Shown here piece by piece: positions 39,709 through 50,075 of a stretch of DNA of 64,000 nucleotides. Numbering within the stretch: the stretch's first letter is position 1; each line of letters opens with the position of its first letter. The position numbers and the translations under genes are program-made. Below the pieces are notes generated by a model. That model did no database searches, was not told the DNA's origin, and worked only from the letters and a program-made list of their open reading frames with translations. Source of the stretch: Candidatus Omnitrophota bacterium (GTDB lineage Bacteria > Omnitrophota > Gorgyraeia > JAHJTE01); contig JAHJTE010000001.1 of the NCBI GenBank assembly GCA_018830005.1, forward strand, positions 257,332 through 321,331. Reading direction: 5' to 3'.

Positions 39709-39734
39709 ATTAAGTTAAGGAGAGCTAGCTAGCG

Positions 39735-40262
39735 ATGGCAAACAAAGTCAATATTATAAAAGAATTAAGAGAGATCACTGCAGCTGGAATGACTGATTGT
39801 AAGAAGGCGCTTGAGAAGGCAGGCGGCAATAAAGATAAGGCATTGGATATCCTACGGCGACAGGGTTTAGATATTGCCAAGAAGAAGGCAGGCCGGACAG
39901 CAGGAGAAGGTCGAGTCGAGTCTTATGTGCATACTGGTTCTAAATTAGGCGTTTTGGTAGAAGTAAACTGTGAAACTGATTTCGTAGCAAGGAATGAAGA
40001 GTTTATTCGCTTTACTAAAGATATAGCGATGCAAATAGCAGCAACAGCCCCTACTTATGTTGATTTTGAATCTGTGTCTAGCGATTTGAAAAAGGAGATT
40101 AAAAAAGAAGAAGAAGCCGAATATCGTAAAGTCCATTGTTTACTTGAGCAGCCTTTTATCAAAGAGGCCTCAAAGACAGCCGGCGATTGTCTGGTTTCCT
40201 TGATTGCTAAGATGGGCGAGAATATTATCATAAAAAGATTTGTTCGATTTTCTATAGGTTAA
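39735..40262 (+). CDS. tsf: Elongation factor Ts (short form)
   Basis: [36 protein letters not shown]. Confidence 0.95.
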   Translation: MANKVNIIKELREITAAGMTDCKKALEKAGGNKDKALDILRRQGLDIAKKKAGRTAGEGRVESYVHTGSKLGVLVEVNCETDFVARNEEFIRFTKDIAMQIAATAPTYVDFESVSSDLKKEIKKEEEAEYRKVHCLLEQPFIKEASKTAGDCLVSLIAKMGENIIIKRFVRFSIG

Positions 40263-40264
40263 TA

Positions 40265-40984
40265 ATGAAAAAACCAGCGTTTAAACGTATAGTTTTAAAA
40301 TTAAGCGGAGAGGCATTATTAGGTCGCAGTAAGGAGCATGGTATTGATATGCATACCTGCAAGGTTATCGCTCATCAAGTAAAAGAGATTGTTCAGATGA
40401 ATGTTCAGGTAAGCCTTGTTGTGGGTGGTGGCAATATATTTCGCGGCCAGGAGAACGAAAAGTCTTTCGGCATCGAAAGAACTGTCGGGGATTATATGGG
40501 GATGTTAGCAACCTTGATTAATGGGCTGGCACTTCAGGACATATTAGAAGGTATGTCTGTTCCGACAAGAGTAATGACAGCCATAGAAATGCATCAGATT
40601 GCCGAGCCTTACATTAGACGCAGGGCTATCAGGCATCTGGAGAAGGGACGTGTGGTTATATTTGCTGCTGGAACAGGCAACCCCTATTTTACAACCGATA
40701 CAACGAGCGCTTTGCGCGCCATGGAGATAAAGGCTGACGTAATTTTGAAAGCGACGCGAGTCGATGGCGTATATTCTGCTGATCCGCTCAAAGATAAGTC
40801 TGCTAAAAAATTTTTCCGGCTTTCCTACCTTAGCCTTTTAAAGAAAGGATTAAAGATTATGGATGCTACAGCAATAAGTCTGTGTATGGATAACGGCTTG
40901 CCTATAATCATTTTTAATCTTTTAAAATCCGGCAATATAAAGAAAGCGGTCTTAGGAGAAAAGATCGGCACTATAATCCACTAA
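40265..40984 (+). CDS. pyrH: UMP kinase
   Basis: [33 protein letters not shown]. Confidence 0.97.
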   Translation: MKKPAFKRIVLKLSGEALLGRSKEHGIDMHTCKVIAHQVKEIVQMNVQVSLVVGGGNIFRGQENEKSFGIERTVGDYMGMLATLINGLALQDILEGMSVPTRVMTAIEMHQIAEPYIRRRAIRHLEKGRVVIFAAGTGNPYFTTDTTSALRAMEIKADVILKATRVDGVYSADPLKDKSAKKFFRLSYLSLLKKGLKIMDATAISLCMDNGLPIIIFNLLKSGNIKKAVLGEKIGTIIH

Positions 40985-41033
40985 AAGACTGCTCGCTAAA
41001 ATATCTTAATTTTAAGCTAAGAGGGTATTTGCG

Positions 41034-41594
41034 ATGGAAGTAAAAACTATTTTACGTGAAACCGAAGACAAAATGAAGAAGACAATTGAGTCTGTGCAGC
41101 GAGAGTTTGCTCATATAAGGACAGGAAGGGCGCATTCTAGTATAGTTGAGGGGATACATGTAGATTATTATGGAGCCCCGACTCTGATAAAGCAGATCGC
41201 CTCTATTTCCGTTCCTGATGCAAGGCTTCTGGTAATACAGCCCTGGGATGTTTCTGCTATTGCTGAGATTGAAAAGGCAATTATTAAGGCAAATTTAGGA
41301 CTCAACCCTACTAATGACGGAAAGATTATCCGTTTGAGCATTCCTCAGTTGTCCAGGGAAAGAAGAGATGAACTGGCCAAGATGGTAAAAGATATGGCAG
41401 AGGACGGAAGAGTATCTTTACGTACGATTAGACGCGATGCAGTTGAGATAGTTAGACACTTGGAAAAAGACTCCAAGATTACTGAGGATGAGCGCTTTAG
41501 GACCCAAGATAATATTCAGAAGATCACCGATAGATGTATTAGTAAGGTTGATGAAATTCTCAAGAACAAAGAGAAGGAGCTAGTAGAGTTTTAA
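41034..41594 (+). CDS. frr: Ribosome recycling factor
   Basis: IRTGRA, VDYYG, NPTNDG, RTIRRD. Confidence 0.97.
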   Translation: MEVKTILRETEDKMKKTIESVQREFAHIRTGRAHSSIVEGIHVDYYGAPTLIKQIASISVPDARLLVIQPWDVSAIAEIEKAIIKANLGLNPTNDGKIIRLSIPQLSRERRDELAKMVKDMAEDGRVSLRTIRRDAVEIVRHLEKDSKITEDERFRTQDNIQKITDRCISKVDEILKNKEKELVEF

Positions 41595-41792
41595 ATTAGA
41601 AAAGTATTATTAGGTAACAGTCCTGCAGAGTCTTTCCTGTAAGATAACATAACGATTTTATAGGGCAGGTCGCGTGGGACTGTTTCTTATGTTTGGACTA
41701 TTAGAAATCATAATACTGATTTTTGTTGAATTAATATAAAAAATAGTGAGATCTTAATTTCGTTCGTTGATAATAAAATAAAGAATAACTAT

Positions 41793-41865
41793 GGGCCACT
41801 AGCTCATCCGGTAGAGCACCGCTCTTTTAAGGCGGGTGTGCCGCGTTCAAGTCGCGGGTGGCCCA
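41793..41865 (+). tRNA. tRNA-Lys (anticodon TTT)
   Basis: Cloverleaf: acceptor GGGCCAC/GTGGCCC, anticodon loop CTTTTAA, T-loop TTCAAGT; CCA not encoded. Confidence 0.93.
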
Positions 41866-41872
41866 AGTTTGC

Positions 41873-41954
41873 GCGGATGTGGTGGAATTGGCAGACACGT
41901 ATGGCTTAGGACCATATGGGGTAACCCATGGGGGTTCAAGTCCCTCCATCCGCA
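41873..41954 (+). tRNA. tRNA-Leu (anticodon TAG)
   Basis: Acceptor GCGGATG/CATCCGC, TATGG-CTTAGGA-CCATA, long variable arm GGGTAACCC; CCA not encoded. Confidence 0.95.
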
Positions 41955-41971
41955 TAAATTGCGAGCGACAT

Positions 41972-42047
41972 GCGAGGGTAGCTCAGCTGGTAGAGCTTCT
42001 CGTTGCCAACGAGAAGGTCGCGGGTTCAAACCCCGTCCCTCGCTCCA
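41972..42047 (+). tRNA. tRNA-Gly (anticodon GCC)
   Basis: Acceptor GCGAGGG/CCCTCGC, TCTCG-TTGCCAA-CGAGA, U73 plus encoded CCA. Confidence 0.96.
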
Positions 42048-42102
42048 AGATTTTCCTAATAATAATTTGTAACTAAATTAATACTTAATTAGACGGAGGC
42101 TT

Positions 42103-42576
42103 TTGATGAAAGTGATGGATTTTTTACCCAAGAAGGCAATCAGTTCAAATCTCAAAGGAAGTAATAAAGACGAGGTTATTTCAGAGCTACTTGATTTATT
42201 GATTTCTGCAGGAGAGGTCGATAAAAAAAACAAGGCTAAAATAATTAATATACTTCTTGCGCGGGAGTCGCTTGGTTCTACTGCCATCGGACAGGGCATA
42301 GGAATTCCTCATGGAAAAAGCGATTGCGTAACAAAATTAGTTGCTGCATTTGGCCTATCAAGGAGCGGCGTTGATTTCGATTCATTAGACGCAGAGCCGG
42401 TGTATCTGTTTTTCCTATTGCTTGCGCCTCAAGATTCAGCTGGTCCACATCTAAAGGCCTTAGCAAGAATCTCTCGTCTTTTAAAAGACAGCTATTTTCG
42501 TGAAAAGCTGAAAGAGGCAAAGGATGAGGCTACTATATTAAAGATCATCTCTCAAGAAGACGAAAGAAAGGCCTAA
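42103..42576 (+). CDS. ptsN: PTS EIIA component (PtsN/fructose-type)
   Basis: RESLGSTAIGQGIGIPH, HLKALARISR; probable start ATG 42106. Confidence 0.85.
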   Translation: MMKVMDFLPKKAISSNLKGSNKDEVISELLDLLISAGEVDKKNKAKIINILLARESLGSTAIGQGIGIPHGKSDCVTKLVAAFGLSRSGVDFDSLDAEPVYLFFLLLAPQDSAGPHLKALARISRLLKDSYFREKLKEAKDEATILKIISQEDERKA

Positions 42577-42577
42577 C

Positions 42578-43819
42578 ATGCTTACTAAAATAAAAAGAAT
42601 TATAAAATGGCTCTATCCTGGAATGAAGGTAAAACGCTGGATCCTCTTAACAGGAGGCGGCCTGCTTCTTTTTGGTTATGGTTGGGCAAGATTAATATTT
42701 GATGAATTCCTGGTTATCAAGTTCTTCGATGCATTTATCATCTTGGTGGGAATAGGTATGATTATTGCCGGCATTAAGAAATTGATGAAATCCTTTATTA
42801 CGGTTTTCTTGCCGGAGAGAGAAAGGGAATTGGTAGATATTATGTATCGCAAGCGGCAACTCGAGAAGGGTACTAAGATTATTGCCATCGGCGGTGGAAC
42901 CGGACTGTCAACGTTGCTGCAAGGTTTAAAAAGTTTTACTAATAATATTACTGCTATTGTTACTGTGGCTGATGATGGTGGTTCTTCTGGTCGCTTGAGA
43001 GAACAATTCGATGTATTGCCACCCGGAGATATCCGCAATTGCCTTGTTGCCTTAGCTGATGCTGAGCCTCTAATGCAGAATCTGTTTCAGTTTCGCTTTG
43101 AAGGTGACACGGAGTTTAAAGGTCACAGCTTTGGCAATATCTTTCTGACTGCTATGACTAAACTTACTGGCGGAGATTTTGAAAAGGCCATTGAGCAGTC
43201 AAGTAAGGTATTGGCTATCCGGGGTCGGGTTGTACCTGCGACTTTAGAAAGAGTGACTTTAGAAGCTAGCTACTTTGATGGCAGCAAGACTCTTGGTGAG
43301 GCAAAGATTCCCAGTAAGGGTGAGCCTATTAAACGTATTTCTTTAAGGCCTGCAATGATTAGGGCCTCAAGTAGTGCCTTAAAGGCAATTGAAGAAGCAG
43401 AGCTAATTATATTAGGTCCGGGTAGCCTCTATACAAGTGTTATACCAAATTTATTAATTCAGGATATAGTTGATAATATAATAAAGTCACACGCATTTAA
43501 GATCTATACCTGTAATGTTATGACTCAAGGAGGCGAGACAGACGGATATACTGCCTTTGACCATTTAAAGGCATTAATTAATCATACAAATAAAAAGATC
43601 GTTGATGCTTGCGTAGTGAACAATGCTAAGATCCCAGAACATTTTTTGAATAAATATAGAGAAAAGCAATCATTTCCTGTTATTGCTGATAGTCAAAAGA
43701 TTCGCGAGGCAGGATACTTGGTTGTGGAGGAAGACCTAGTTAATTTCACAGATTTTGTAAGACATGATAGTAAAAAATTGGCTAAAACCATAGTGAATAT
43801 AATTGCGAATTATGTCTAA
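42578..43819 (+). CDS. yvcK: YvcK/GlmR family gluconeogenesis factor with N-terminal TM extension
   Basis: IGGGTGLS, DDGGSSG, PPGDIRN, GPGSLYTS, RHD. Confidence 0.9.
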   Translation: MLTKIKRIIKWLYPGMKVKRWILLTGGGLLLFGYGWARLIFDEFLVIKFFDAFIILVGIGMIIAGIKKLMKSFITVFLPERERELVDIMYRKRQLEKGTKIIAIGGGTGLSTLLQGLKSFTNNITAIVTVADDGGSSGRLREQFDVLPPGDIRNCLVALADAEPLMQNLFQFRFEGDTEFKGHSFGNIFLTAMTKLTGGDFEKAIEQSSKVLAIRGRVVPATLERVTLEASYFDGSKTLGEAKIPSKGEPIKRISLRPAMIRASSSALKAIEEAELIILGPGSLYTSVIPNLLIQDIVDNIIKSHAFKIYTCNVMTQGGETDGYTAFDHLKALINHTNKKIVDACVVNNAKIPEHFLNKYREKQSFPVIADSQKIREAGYLVVEEDLVNFTDFVRHDSKKLAKTIVNIIANYV

Positions 43820-43830
43820 AAGATAAAGCC

Positions 43831-44094
43831 ATGCACATTATCGAAAAAGAAGTCGTTATCCAGAATAAACAGGGCTTACATGCTCGGCCAGCAGCATTAT
43901 TTGTACAGCTTGCCAATAAGTTTGATTCAAATATTACTATTAAGAAGGGTGCTCAAGAGGTTAATGGAAAGTCGATCATGGGGATTCTAATGCTTGCTGC
44001 TGAAAAAGGTTCGCGTGTAGCGATAGTCGCTGAAGGTGATGATGCCGCTGAGGCAATAGAACAATTAATCGCATTGGTTAGTAAAGATGAGTAA
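43831..44094 (+). CDS. ptsH: Phosphocarrier protein HPr
   Basis: GLHARPAA (His15) and NGKSIMG (Ser46). Confidence 0.95.
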   Translation: MHIIEKEVVIQNKQGLHARPAALFVQLANKFDSNITIKKGAQEVNGKSIMGILMLAAEKGSRVAIVAEGDDAAEAIEQLIALVSKDE

Positions 44095-45832
44095 TTATAT
44101 TGAATTAAAAGGAATACCCGCCGCACCAGGCGTAGCAATCGGTAGAGCTTATATATTTGGTAAGCAGGAGCTCAGGGTTCTAAAGAAACCAATTGAGGCC
44201 CCGGAGGTTCCCTTAGAGATTGCCCGTTTTGAAGAGGCGTTGATTAAGACTCGAAAAGAGATTATAGATATCCAAAAGAGGATATCCAAAGATATGGGCG
44301 CTGAAGGTAGTGAGATCTTTGACGCCCATCTACTTGTTCTGGAAGATAGAATGTTGATTGACGAGGTGATTACCAGATTAAAGAAAGAGAAGGTTTGCAT
44401 TGAATATATCTTCTCCCAGGCGCTCAAAAAATACATGGATGTCTTTTCAAAGATCGAGGATGAGTATTTACGAGAGAGGATATCTGATATCAATGATGTA
44501 GGTAGACGCGTTATCCATAATCTAATGGGCAAGAAACAGAAGAGCCTAACCGATTTAGAGGAACCGGTGGTTGTTGTTGCCCACGAACTTTCTCCTTCTG
44601 ATACTGCAACAATGAACAAAAAGCACGTCATTGCCTTAATTACTGATATAGGAGGCAGGACCTCTCACACTGCTATTTTAGCTAAGAGTTTAGAGATACC
44701 TGCTGTTGTGGGATTGGAACAGGCTACTCTTGCTATAAGAGGCGATGACAGGCTTATTGTAGACGGTCGCCAAGGCGTTGTTATTGTTAATCCTACTCAG
44801 GAACATATCAGTAAATATGCCAAGGTAAAAGAAGATAACCTAAGTCGTGTTGCAACGGTGCAGGAGTTTAAGGACTTATCGCCTGTGACTCTTGATGGCA
44901 GAAAAATTATATTGGCTGCTAATATTGAGTTGCCGGAGGAGGTAGATTCTGTACTCGCTCATGGCGCTGAAGGAATAGGGCTTTATCGCACAGAGTTCTT
45001 CTATATGAATAGAAGGGACCTTCCTTCTGAAGAAGAGCATTACAACAGATATAAGGTAGTTGCCGAGAAGGTAGCCCCAAATGCAGTAATTGTTCGCACC
45101 CTTGATTTAGGAGGGGATAAATTTATATCAACATTAAAAGTTCCTCATGACATGGCGCCATTTTTAGGCTGGCGCGCAATACGTTTCTGTTTGGCTAAGC
45201 CTGAATTTTTTAAGGTACAGTTGCGCGCAGTGTTACGTGCATCTAGCCACGGTAATTTAAAATTGATGTATCCGATGATTTCCGGGGTAGAAGAATTAAA
45301 ACAGGCTAATGAACTCTTGGAAGAGTGCAAACAAGAGCTAAGAAAGGAGGAGGTCTCCTTTGATGAAGATATTGAGGTCGGGGCAATGATAGAGGTTCCT
45401 TCCGCTGCCTTAACCTGCGATATCTTGGCTAAGGAGGTAGACTTCTTTAGTATTGGGACGAATGATTTAATTCAGTATTCTCTCGCTGTAGATAGAAGCA
45501 ACGAAAAGGTCGCTTATCTTTATGAGCCTGCACATCCGGCTGTGTTACGTTTAATCAAGAGTATAATAGATGCCGGACATAAGGAAAATATCTGGGTTGG
45601 TATGTGCGGTGAGATGGCGGGTGAGCCAGCATTTGTTATTTTACTCTTGGGTTTGGGTCTTGATGAGTTTAGTGTTTCCACTGTTGCTATTCCGGAGATT
45701 AAGCGTATTATTCGTGCGGTTAGTTACAACCAGGCAAAAGAAATAGCTGATAAAGCATTAACGCTGTCTGATTCCAAAGCAGTAGAAGAATTTACTAGCA
45801 GAAAATTGAACGAGATTGTTAAATTATATTAG
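44087..45832 (+). CDS. ptsI: PEP-protein phosphotransferase (Enzyme I)
   Basis: GGRTSHTAI, GIGLYRTEF, LGWRAIR, SIGTNDL, CGEMAG. Confidence 0.97.
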   Translation: MSNYIELKGIPAAPGVAIGRAYIFGKQELRVLKKPIEAPEVPLEIARFEEALIKTRKEIIDIQKRISKDMGAEGSEIFDAHLLVLEDRMLIDEVITRLKKEKVCIEYIFSQALKKYMDVFSKIEDEYLRERISDINDVGRRVIHNLMGKKQKSLTDLEEPVVVVAHELSPSDTATMNKKHVIALITDIGGRTSHTAILAKSLEIPAVVGLEQATLAIRGDDRLIVDGRQGVVIVNPTQEHISKYAKVKEDNLSRVATVQEFKDLSPVTLDGRKIILAANIELPEEVDSVLAHGAEGIGLYRTEFFYMNRRDLPSEEEHYNRYKVVAEKVAPNAVIVRTLDLGGDKFISTLKVPHDMAPFLGWRAIRFCLAKPEFFKVQLRAVLRASSHGNLKLMYPMISGVEELKQANELLEECKQELRKEEVSFDEDIEVGAMIEVPSAALTCDILAKEVDFFSIGTNDLIQYSLAVDRSNEKVAYLYEPAHPAVLRLIKSIIDAGHKENIWVGMCGEMAGEPAFVILLLGLGLDEFSVSTVAIPEIKRIIRAVSYNQAKEIADKALTLSDSKAVEEFTSRKLNEIVKLY

Positions 45833-45844
45833 GAAAGGAGAAAA

Positions 45845-46600
45845 ATGAAGGCAATATTACTTGCAGCCGGTTATGCTACCAGGCTTTATCCTTTGACCTT
45901 AAATTTTCCCAAGGCATTGCTGCCTATTAATTGCGTGCCGGTTATTAATATTATTATCCATAAATTGGAATTGATCCCTGATATAAATGAGATTATAGTT
46001 GTGACGAATAATCGTTTTCATACTGATTTTAAGAATTGGGCTAAAGAATATCATTTCAAAAAGAAGGTAACTATCCTCAATGATAAGACAGCCTCAGATG
46101 AGGATAAATTAGGAGCCATCGCCGATCTAGGTTTTGTAATTGATAAAAAGAATATAAAAGAGGATATTGTCATTATTGGCGCTGATAATCTTTTTGATGC
46201 AAAGTTAGGAAATTTCATAAAATGGGGCAGGGAATCAAAAAAGATTTGCGTTGGACTTTTTGACTTTAAGAAAAAAACTGAGGTAACAAAATACGGTGTT
46301 GTTCGGATTGGCCGCAATAGAAAGATTACAAATTTTCAAGAGAAGCCAAGACAACCTAAGTCGACCCTGGTGGCAATGTGTCTATATTATTTTCCCAAGG
46401 GAAAGGGAAAGATTATTGATAGGTATTTGCGCTTGAGTCAGAAAAAAGATGCAGTTGGACACTATATTAGCTGGCTTGTTAAGAAGGGTTACGCCTATGG
46501 TTGGGTTTTTAACGGCAGATGGTTTGACATCGGAGATAAAAAACAGTACTTTAAAGCAAACAAGACATTCCAGACGGTAATACACCCTGATTTAATATAA
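45845..46600 (+). CDS. Sugar-phosphate nucleotidyltransferase family protein
   Basis: LLAAGYATRLYPLT..PKALL, FQEKP, WFDIG. Confidence 0.85.
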   Translation: MKAILLAAGYATRLYPLTLNFPKALLPINCVPVINIIIHKLELIPDINEIIVVTNNRFHTDFKNWAKEYHFKKKVTILNDKTASDEDKLGAIADLGFVIDKKNIKEDIVIIGADNLFDAKLGNFIKWGRESKKICVGLFDFKKKTEVTKYGVVRIGRNRKITNFQEKPRQPKSTLVAMCLYYFPKGKGKIIDRYLRLSQKKDAVGHYISWLVKKGYAYGWVFNGRWFDIGDKKQYFKANKTFQTVIHPDLI

Positions 46601-46654
46601 TATTTACACAGATACTTACTTATATCTGTGTTGAAAAGAAAGGAAGGAAAAAGT

Positions 46655-47821
46655 ATGCACAAAGAAAAAATATTTTTTACATCTGAATCAGTAACAGAAG
46701 GTCATCCCGATAAGTTGTGTGATCAGGTTTCTGATTCTATTCTTGATGAGGTATTGAAACAAGATCCTGCTGGACGCGTCGCCTGTGAGACATATGTAAC
46801 TATGGGTTTGATTATTGTCGGTGGAGAAATCACAACCTCTAGTTATATTGATGTTCATGGCGTTACCAGAAATACTATTCGTGAGATTGGCTATGACTCG
46901 CCTAAGTACGGATTTGATTATAAAACCTGTGCCATACTTAATGCGATACATGCACAGTCTCCCGATATTGCCCAGGGTGTTGATCGTGGCGGAGCAGGCG
47001 ACCAAGGCATGATGATTGGTTATGCCTGCGATGAGACCGATGAGCTTATGCCTCTGTCCATAGTCCTGGCCCATAAATTGGTGTCTAGGTTAACGCATGT
47101 GCGAAAAAATAATATTTTAAAATTCTTAGGGCCTGATGGTAAATCCCAAGTTACAGTTCAATATGAGGCAGGCAGACCGGTTCGAGTAGATTCGATAGTT
47201 CTGGCAACGCAACATACAGAAACTGTTCTTGATAAGACAGGTACAAAAATGAAACCTTCTGCCAAGGCTGTAATTATTGACAAGGTTGCTAGGCCTGTTT
47301 TAGGCAGATGGATAGATAAGAAGACTAAGTTTTTTATTAATGAAACGGGTAAGTTCCTTGTTGGTGGTCCCCAGAGTGATACGGGTATGACTGGCAGAAA
47401 GATTATTGTGGATACTTATGGTGGTGTTGTTGCTCATGGTGGCGGTGCCTTTTCAGGTAAAGACCCATCAAAGGTAGATAGATCAGCAGCATATATGGCA
47501 CGCTATATAGCAAAGAATATTGTTGCGGCAAAATTGGCCAAGAGATGCTTAATTCAGCTTTCCTATTGTATTGGGAGGGCTGATCCATTATCGATAATGG
47601 TTGACACTTATCAAACATCTAAAATCTCCGATAGTAAATTAGTAAGCTTAGTGAGAAAGGTCTTTCCGTTAACGCCGCGGGGAATAATCAATTGTCTGGA
47701 TCTTTTAAGACCCATTTATAAGCAGACGGCTGCTTATGGCCATTTTGGCCGTAGCGCTAGTTTTGGTTTTAACTGGGAAAGAACAGATAAAGTAAAGGAG
47801 CTATTAAAGGAACTAAAATGA
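46655..47821 (+). CDS. metK: S-adenosylmethionine synthetase
   Basis: [28 protein letters not shown]; ATG 46655 has the RBS. Confidence 0.97.
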   Translation: MHKEKIFFTSESVTEGHPDKLCDQVSDSILDEVLKQDPAGRVACETYVTMGLIIVGGEITTSSYIDVHGVTRNTIREIGYDSPKYGFDYKTCAILNAIHAQSPDIAQGVDRGGAGDQGMMIGYACDETDELMPLSIVLAHKLVSRLTHVRKNNILKFLGPDGKSQVTVQYEAGRPVRVDSIVLATQHTETVLDKTGTKMKPSAKAVIIDKVARPVLGRWIDKKTKFFINETGKFLVGGPQSDTGMTGRKIIVDTYGGVVAHGGGAFSGKDPSKVDRSAAYMARYIAKNIVAAKLAKRCLIQLSYCIGRADPLSIMVDTYQTSKISDSKLVSLVRKVFPLTPRGIINCLDLLRPIYKQTAAYGHFGRSASFGFNWERTDKVKELLKELK

Positions 47822-49089
47822 AAAAAAATTACGATATAAAAGATATACGCCTTTCTAAAAAGGGTCGCGCAAGAATCGAGTGGGCAGAAAGGGACATGAA
47901 GGTTACCTCCGGAATTCGCGAGAGATTCAAAAAGGAGAGGCCTTTAGCCGGAGTAAGAATTACTGCTTGTTTGCATGTGACGACTGAAACAGCAAATTTA
48001 ATGCGGGTTTTAAAAGCAGGCGGCGCCAAGGTTAATTTATGTGCTTCAAATCCCTTAAGTACTCAGGATGATGTGGCTGCTTCGCTCGTGCATGATTTTA
48101 ACATTAGTGTCTTTGCCATTAAAGGTGAAGATAAACGCACATACTATAAGCACATTGTTAATGCACTTGCTATAAGGCCTCAGATTACTATGGATGACGG
48201 AGCAGATTTAGTATCCACCTTACATAAAGAGCCTTTAAGATTTGGTATAGATTCATGCATAGGAGGAACAGAGGAGACTACAACTGGAGTTATTAGATTG
48301 CGGGCGATGCAGGAAGATAACGCCTTATCTTATCCCATAATTGCTGTTAATGATGCCCAGACAAAATATATGTTTGACAATCGCTATGGCACTGGTCAGT
48401 CAACTATTGACGGAATAATTCGCTCCACCAATAGATTACTGGCTGGATCGAATTTTGTTGTCTGCGGTTATGGTTGGTGCGGTAGGGGCGTTGCTATGCG
48501 CGCCAAAGGCATGGGCGCTAAGGTTATAATTGTCGAGGTAGATGCCTTGAGGGCCTTGGAAGCGACTATGGATGGTTTTAGGGTAATGCCGCTATCCCAT
48601 GCAGCAAAGATTGGTGACATATTTTTAACTACCACAGGCGATATAAATGTAATTGATGAAAAAGACTTCCACCTCATGAAAGACGGCGCTATAGTTGCCA
48701 ATTCCGGACATTTTAATGTAGAAATAAATATTGTTGCTTTAAAGAAGATGAGTAAAAGCGTAAGGCCGATTAGGGACTTTGTGCTTGAGTATACATTAAA
48801 GAAAAATAACAAAAAGATTTACATCCTAAGCGAGGGAAGATTAGTTAATCTTGCTGCTGCTGAAGGCCATCCGGCGCAAGTTATGGATATGAGCTTTGCT
48901 AATCAGGCGTTGTGCGCTGAATATATTTTTAAGAATAGTAAAAGTTTAGAAAACAAGGTTTATCCTGTGCCTTTAGATATTGATAAAGGGATCGCCAAAT
49001 TAAAGCTGGATTCTATGGGAATAAAGATAGATACCTTAAGTCCAGAGCAACGGAAATATTTATCGAGCTGGCAGCAGGGAACACTCTAA
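47818..49089 (+). CDS. ahcY: S-adenosylhomocysteine hydrolase
   Basis: [38 protein letters not shown]. Confidence 0.97.
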   Translation: MKKNYDIKDIRLSKKGRARIEWAERDMKVTSGIRERFKKERPLAGVRITACLHVTTETANLMRVLKAGGAKVNLCASNPLSTQDDVAASLVHDFNISVFAIKGEDKRTYYKHIVNALAIRPQITMDDGADLVSTLHKEPLRFGIDSCIGGTEETTTGVIRLRAMQEDNALSYPIIAVNDAQTKYMFDNRYGTGQSTIDGIIRSTNRLLAGSNFVVCGYGWCGRGVAMRAKGMGAKVIIVEVDALRALEATMDGFRVMPLSHAAKIGDIFLTTTGDINVIDEKDFHLMKDGAIVANSGHFNVEINIVALKKMSKSVRPIRDFVLEYTLKKNNKKIYILSEGRLVNLAAAEGHPAQVMDMSFANQALCAEYIFKNSKSLENKVYPVPLDIDKGIAKLKLDSMGIKIDTLSPEQRKYLSSWQQGTL

Positions 49090-49102
49090 TTTCGTATATC
49101 GC

Positions 49103-50059
49103 ATGAAAAGGATCGCAGTACTTACCTCAGGCGGTGATTCGCCGGGAATGAATGCAGCAATTCGGGCTGTTGTTCGCTACGCTGATTTTAAAAAAATAGA
49201 AACGCTGGGAGTAATTGCAGGTTACAAAGGTTTGGTTGAGGGGAACATTATCTCTTTAAATCGGCGTTCAGTTTCAAATATAATCAATCGCGGCGGCACA
49301 ATTTTAAAAACAGCGCGTTGCGAGGAATTTAAGACAAAACAAGGTCAAAAAAAAGCAGTTGAGGTTATAAGAAAAAATAAAATTGATGGTGTGGTTGTAA
49401 TCGGTGGCGATGGTTCTTACCGAGGAGCGCACGCACTTTCTTCCTGGGGGGTCCCAACAATAGGCGTTCCGGGTACGATTGATAATGATATCCGCGGTAC
49501 AGATAAGACCATTGGTTGTGATACTGCAGTAGATACAGCACTAGAGGCTATTGATAAAATTCGTGATACTGCTACAAGCCTAGAGCGCATATATGTTATT
49601 GAGGTAATGGGTAGGCTTTCAGGATATATCGCTATTCAGGTTGCCTTGGGTGCTGGAGCTGAGGATTGTATAATTCCCGAAATAAAATTTGACATCAACA
49701 AGATGTGTAAGGATATCAAAGAGGGGAATAGAAAAGGAAAGGCGAGTTGGATTATAATTGTTGCCGAAGGAGCAGCCAATGCCGTTGATGTTGGAAAAAA
49801 GATTAGCAAGATAACGGGTTTAGAAAATCGCGTAGCAGTGTTAGGGTATATACAAAGAGGCGGTGTGCCCACTGCACCTGACCGAATTTTAGCAATTCGC
49901 CTCGGTGCCGCTGCCGTGGATTTATTAACTAAGGATAAGACTGATAAGGCCGTAGGTATTTTAGGAGGAAGGATAAACGTAGTTGATTTAGAAGAGGCCT
50001 CTAAGAAGCGAGATATCGAAGTGGACGCTTTGTATCGACTCATACGCATAGTCACCTAA
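49103..50059 (+). CDS. pfkA: ATP-dependent 6-phosphofructokinase
   Basis: TSGGDSPGMN, GGDGS, TIDND, EVMGR, QRGG. Confidence 0.95.
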   Translation: MKRIAVLTSGGDSPGMNAAIRAVVRYADFKKIETLGVIAGYKGLVEGNIISLNRRSVSNIINRGGTILKTARCEEFKTKQGQKKAVEVIRKNKIDGVVVIGGDGSYRGAHALSSWGVPTIGVPGTIDNDIRGTDKTIGCDTAVDTALEAIDKIRDTATSLERIYVIEVMGRLSGYIAIQVALGAGAEDCIIPEIKFDINKMCKDIKEGNRKGKASWIIIVAEGAANAVDVGKKISKITGLENRVAVLGYIQRGGVPTAPDRILAIRLGAAAVDLLTKDKTDKAVGILGGRINVVDLEEASKKRDIEVDALYRLIRIVT

Positions 50060-50075
50060 GAAGAAGGAGGAAACA

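Noticed and set aside
39735-40262. Short EF-Ts as a truncation
   Set aside because: Short single-subdomain EF-Ts forms are established (e.g. Thermus) and both termini look intact
41836-42076. ORFs 41836..42072, 41847..42029 and 41858..42076
   Set aside because: They overlap three clear tRNA genes and are spurious
42045-42110. Integrative element at the tRNA-Gly 3' end
   Set aside because: Followed directly by housekeeping PTS genes; no integrase or duplicated tRNA end noticed
46601-46654. SAM riboswitch upstream of metK
   Set aside because: The gap is only about 54 nt and lacks SAM-I/II consensus; only a 9-bp hairpin is present
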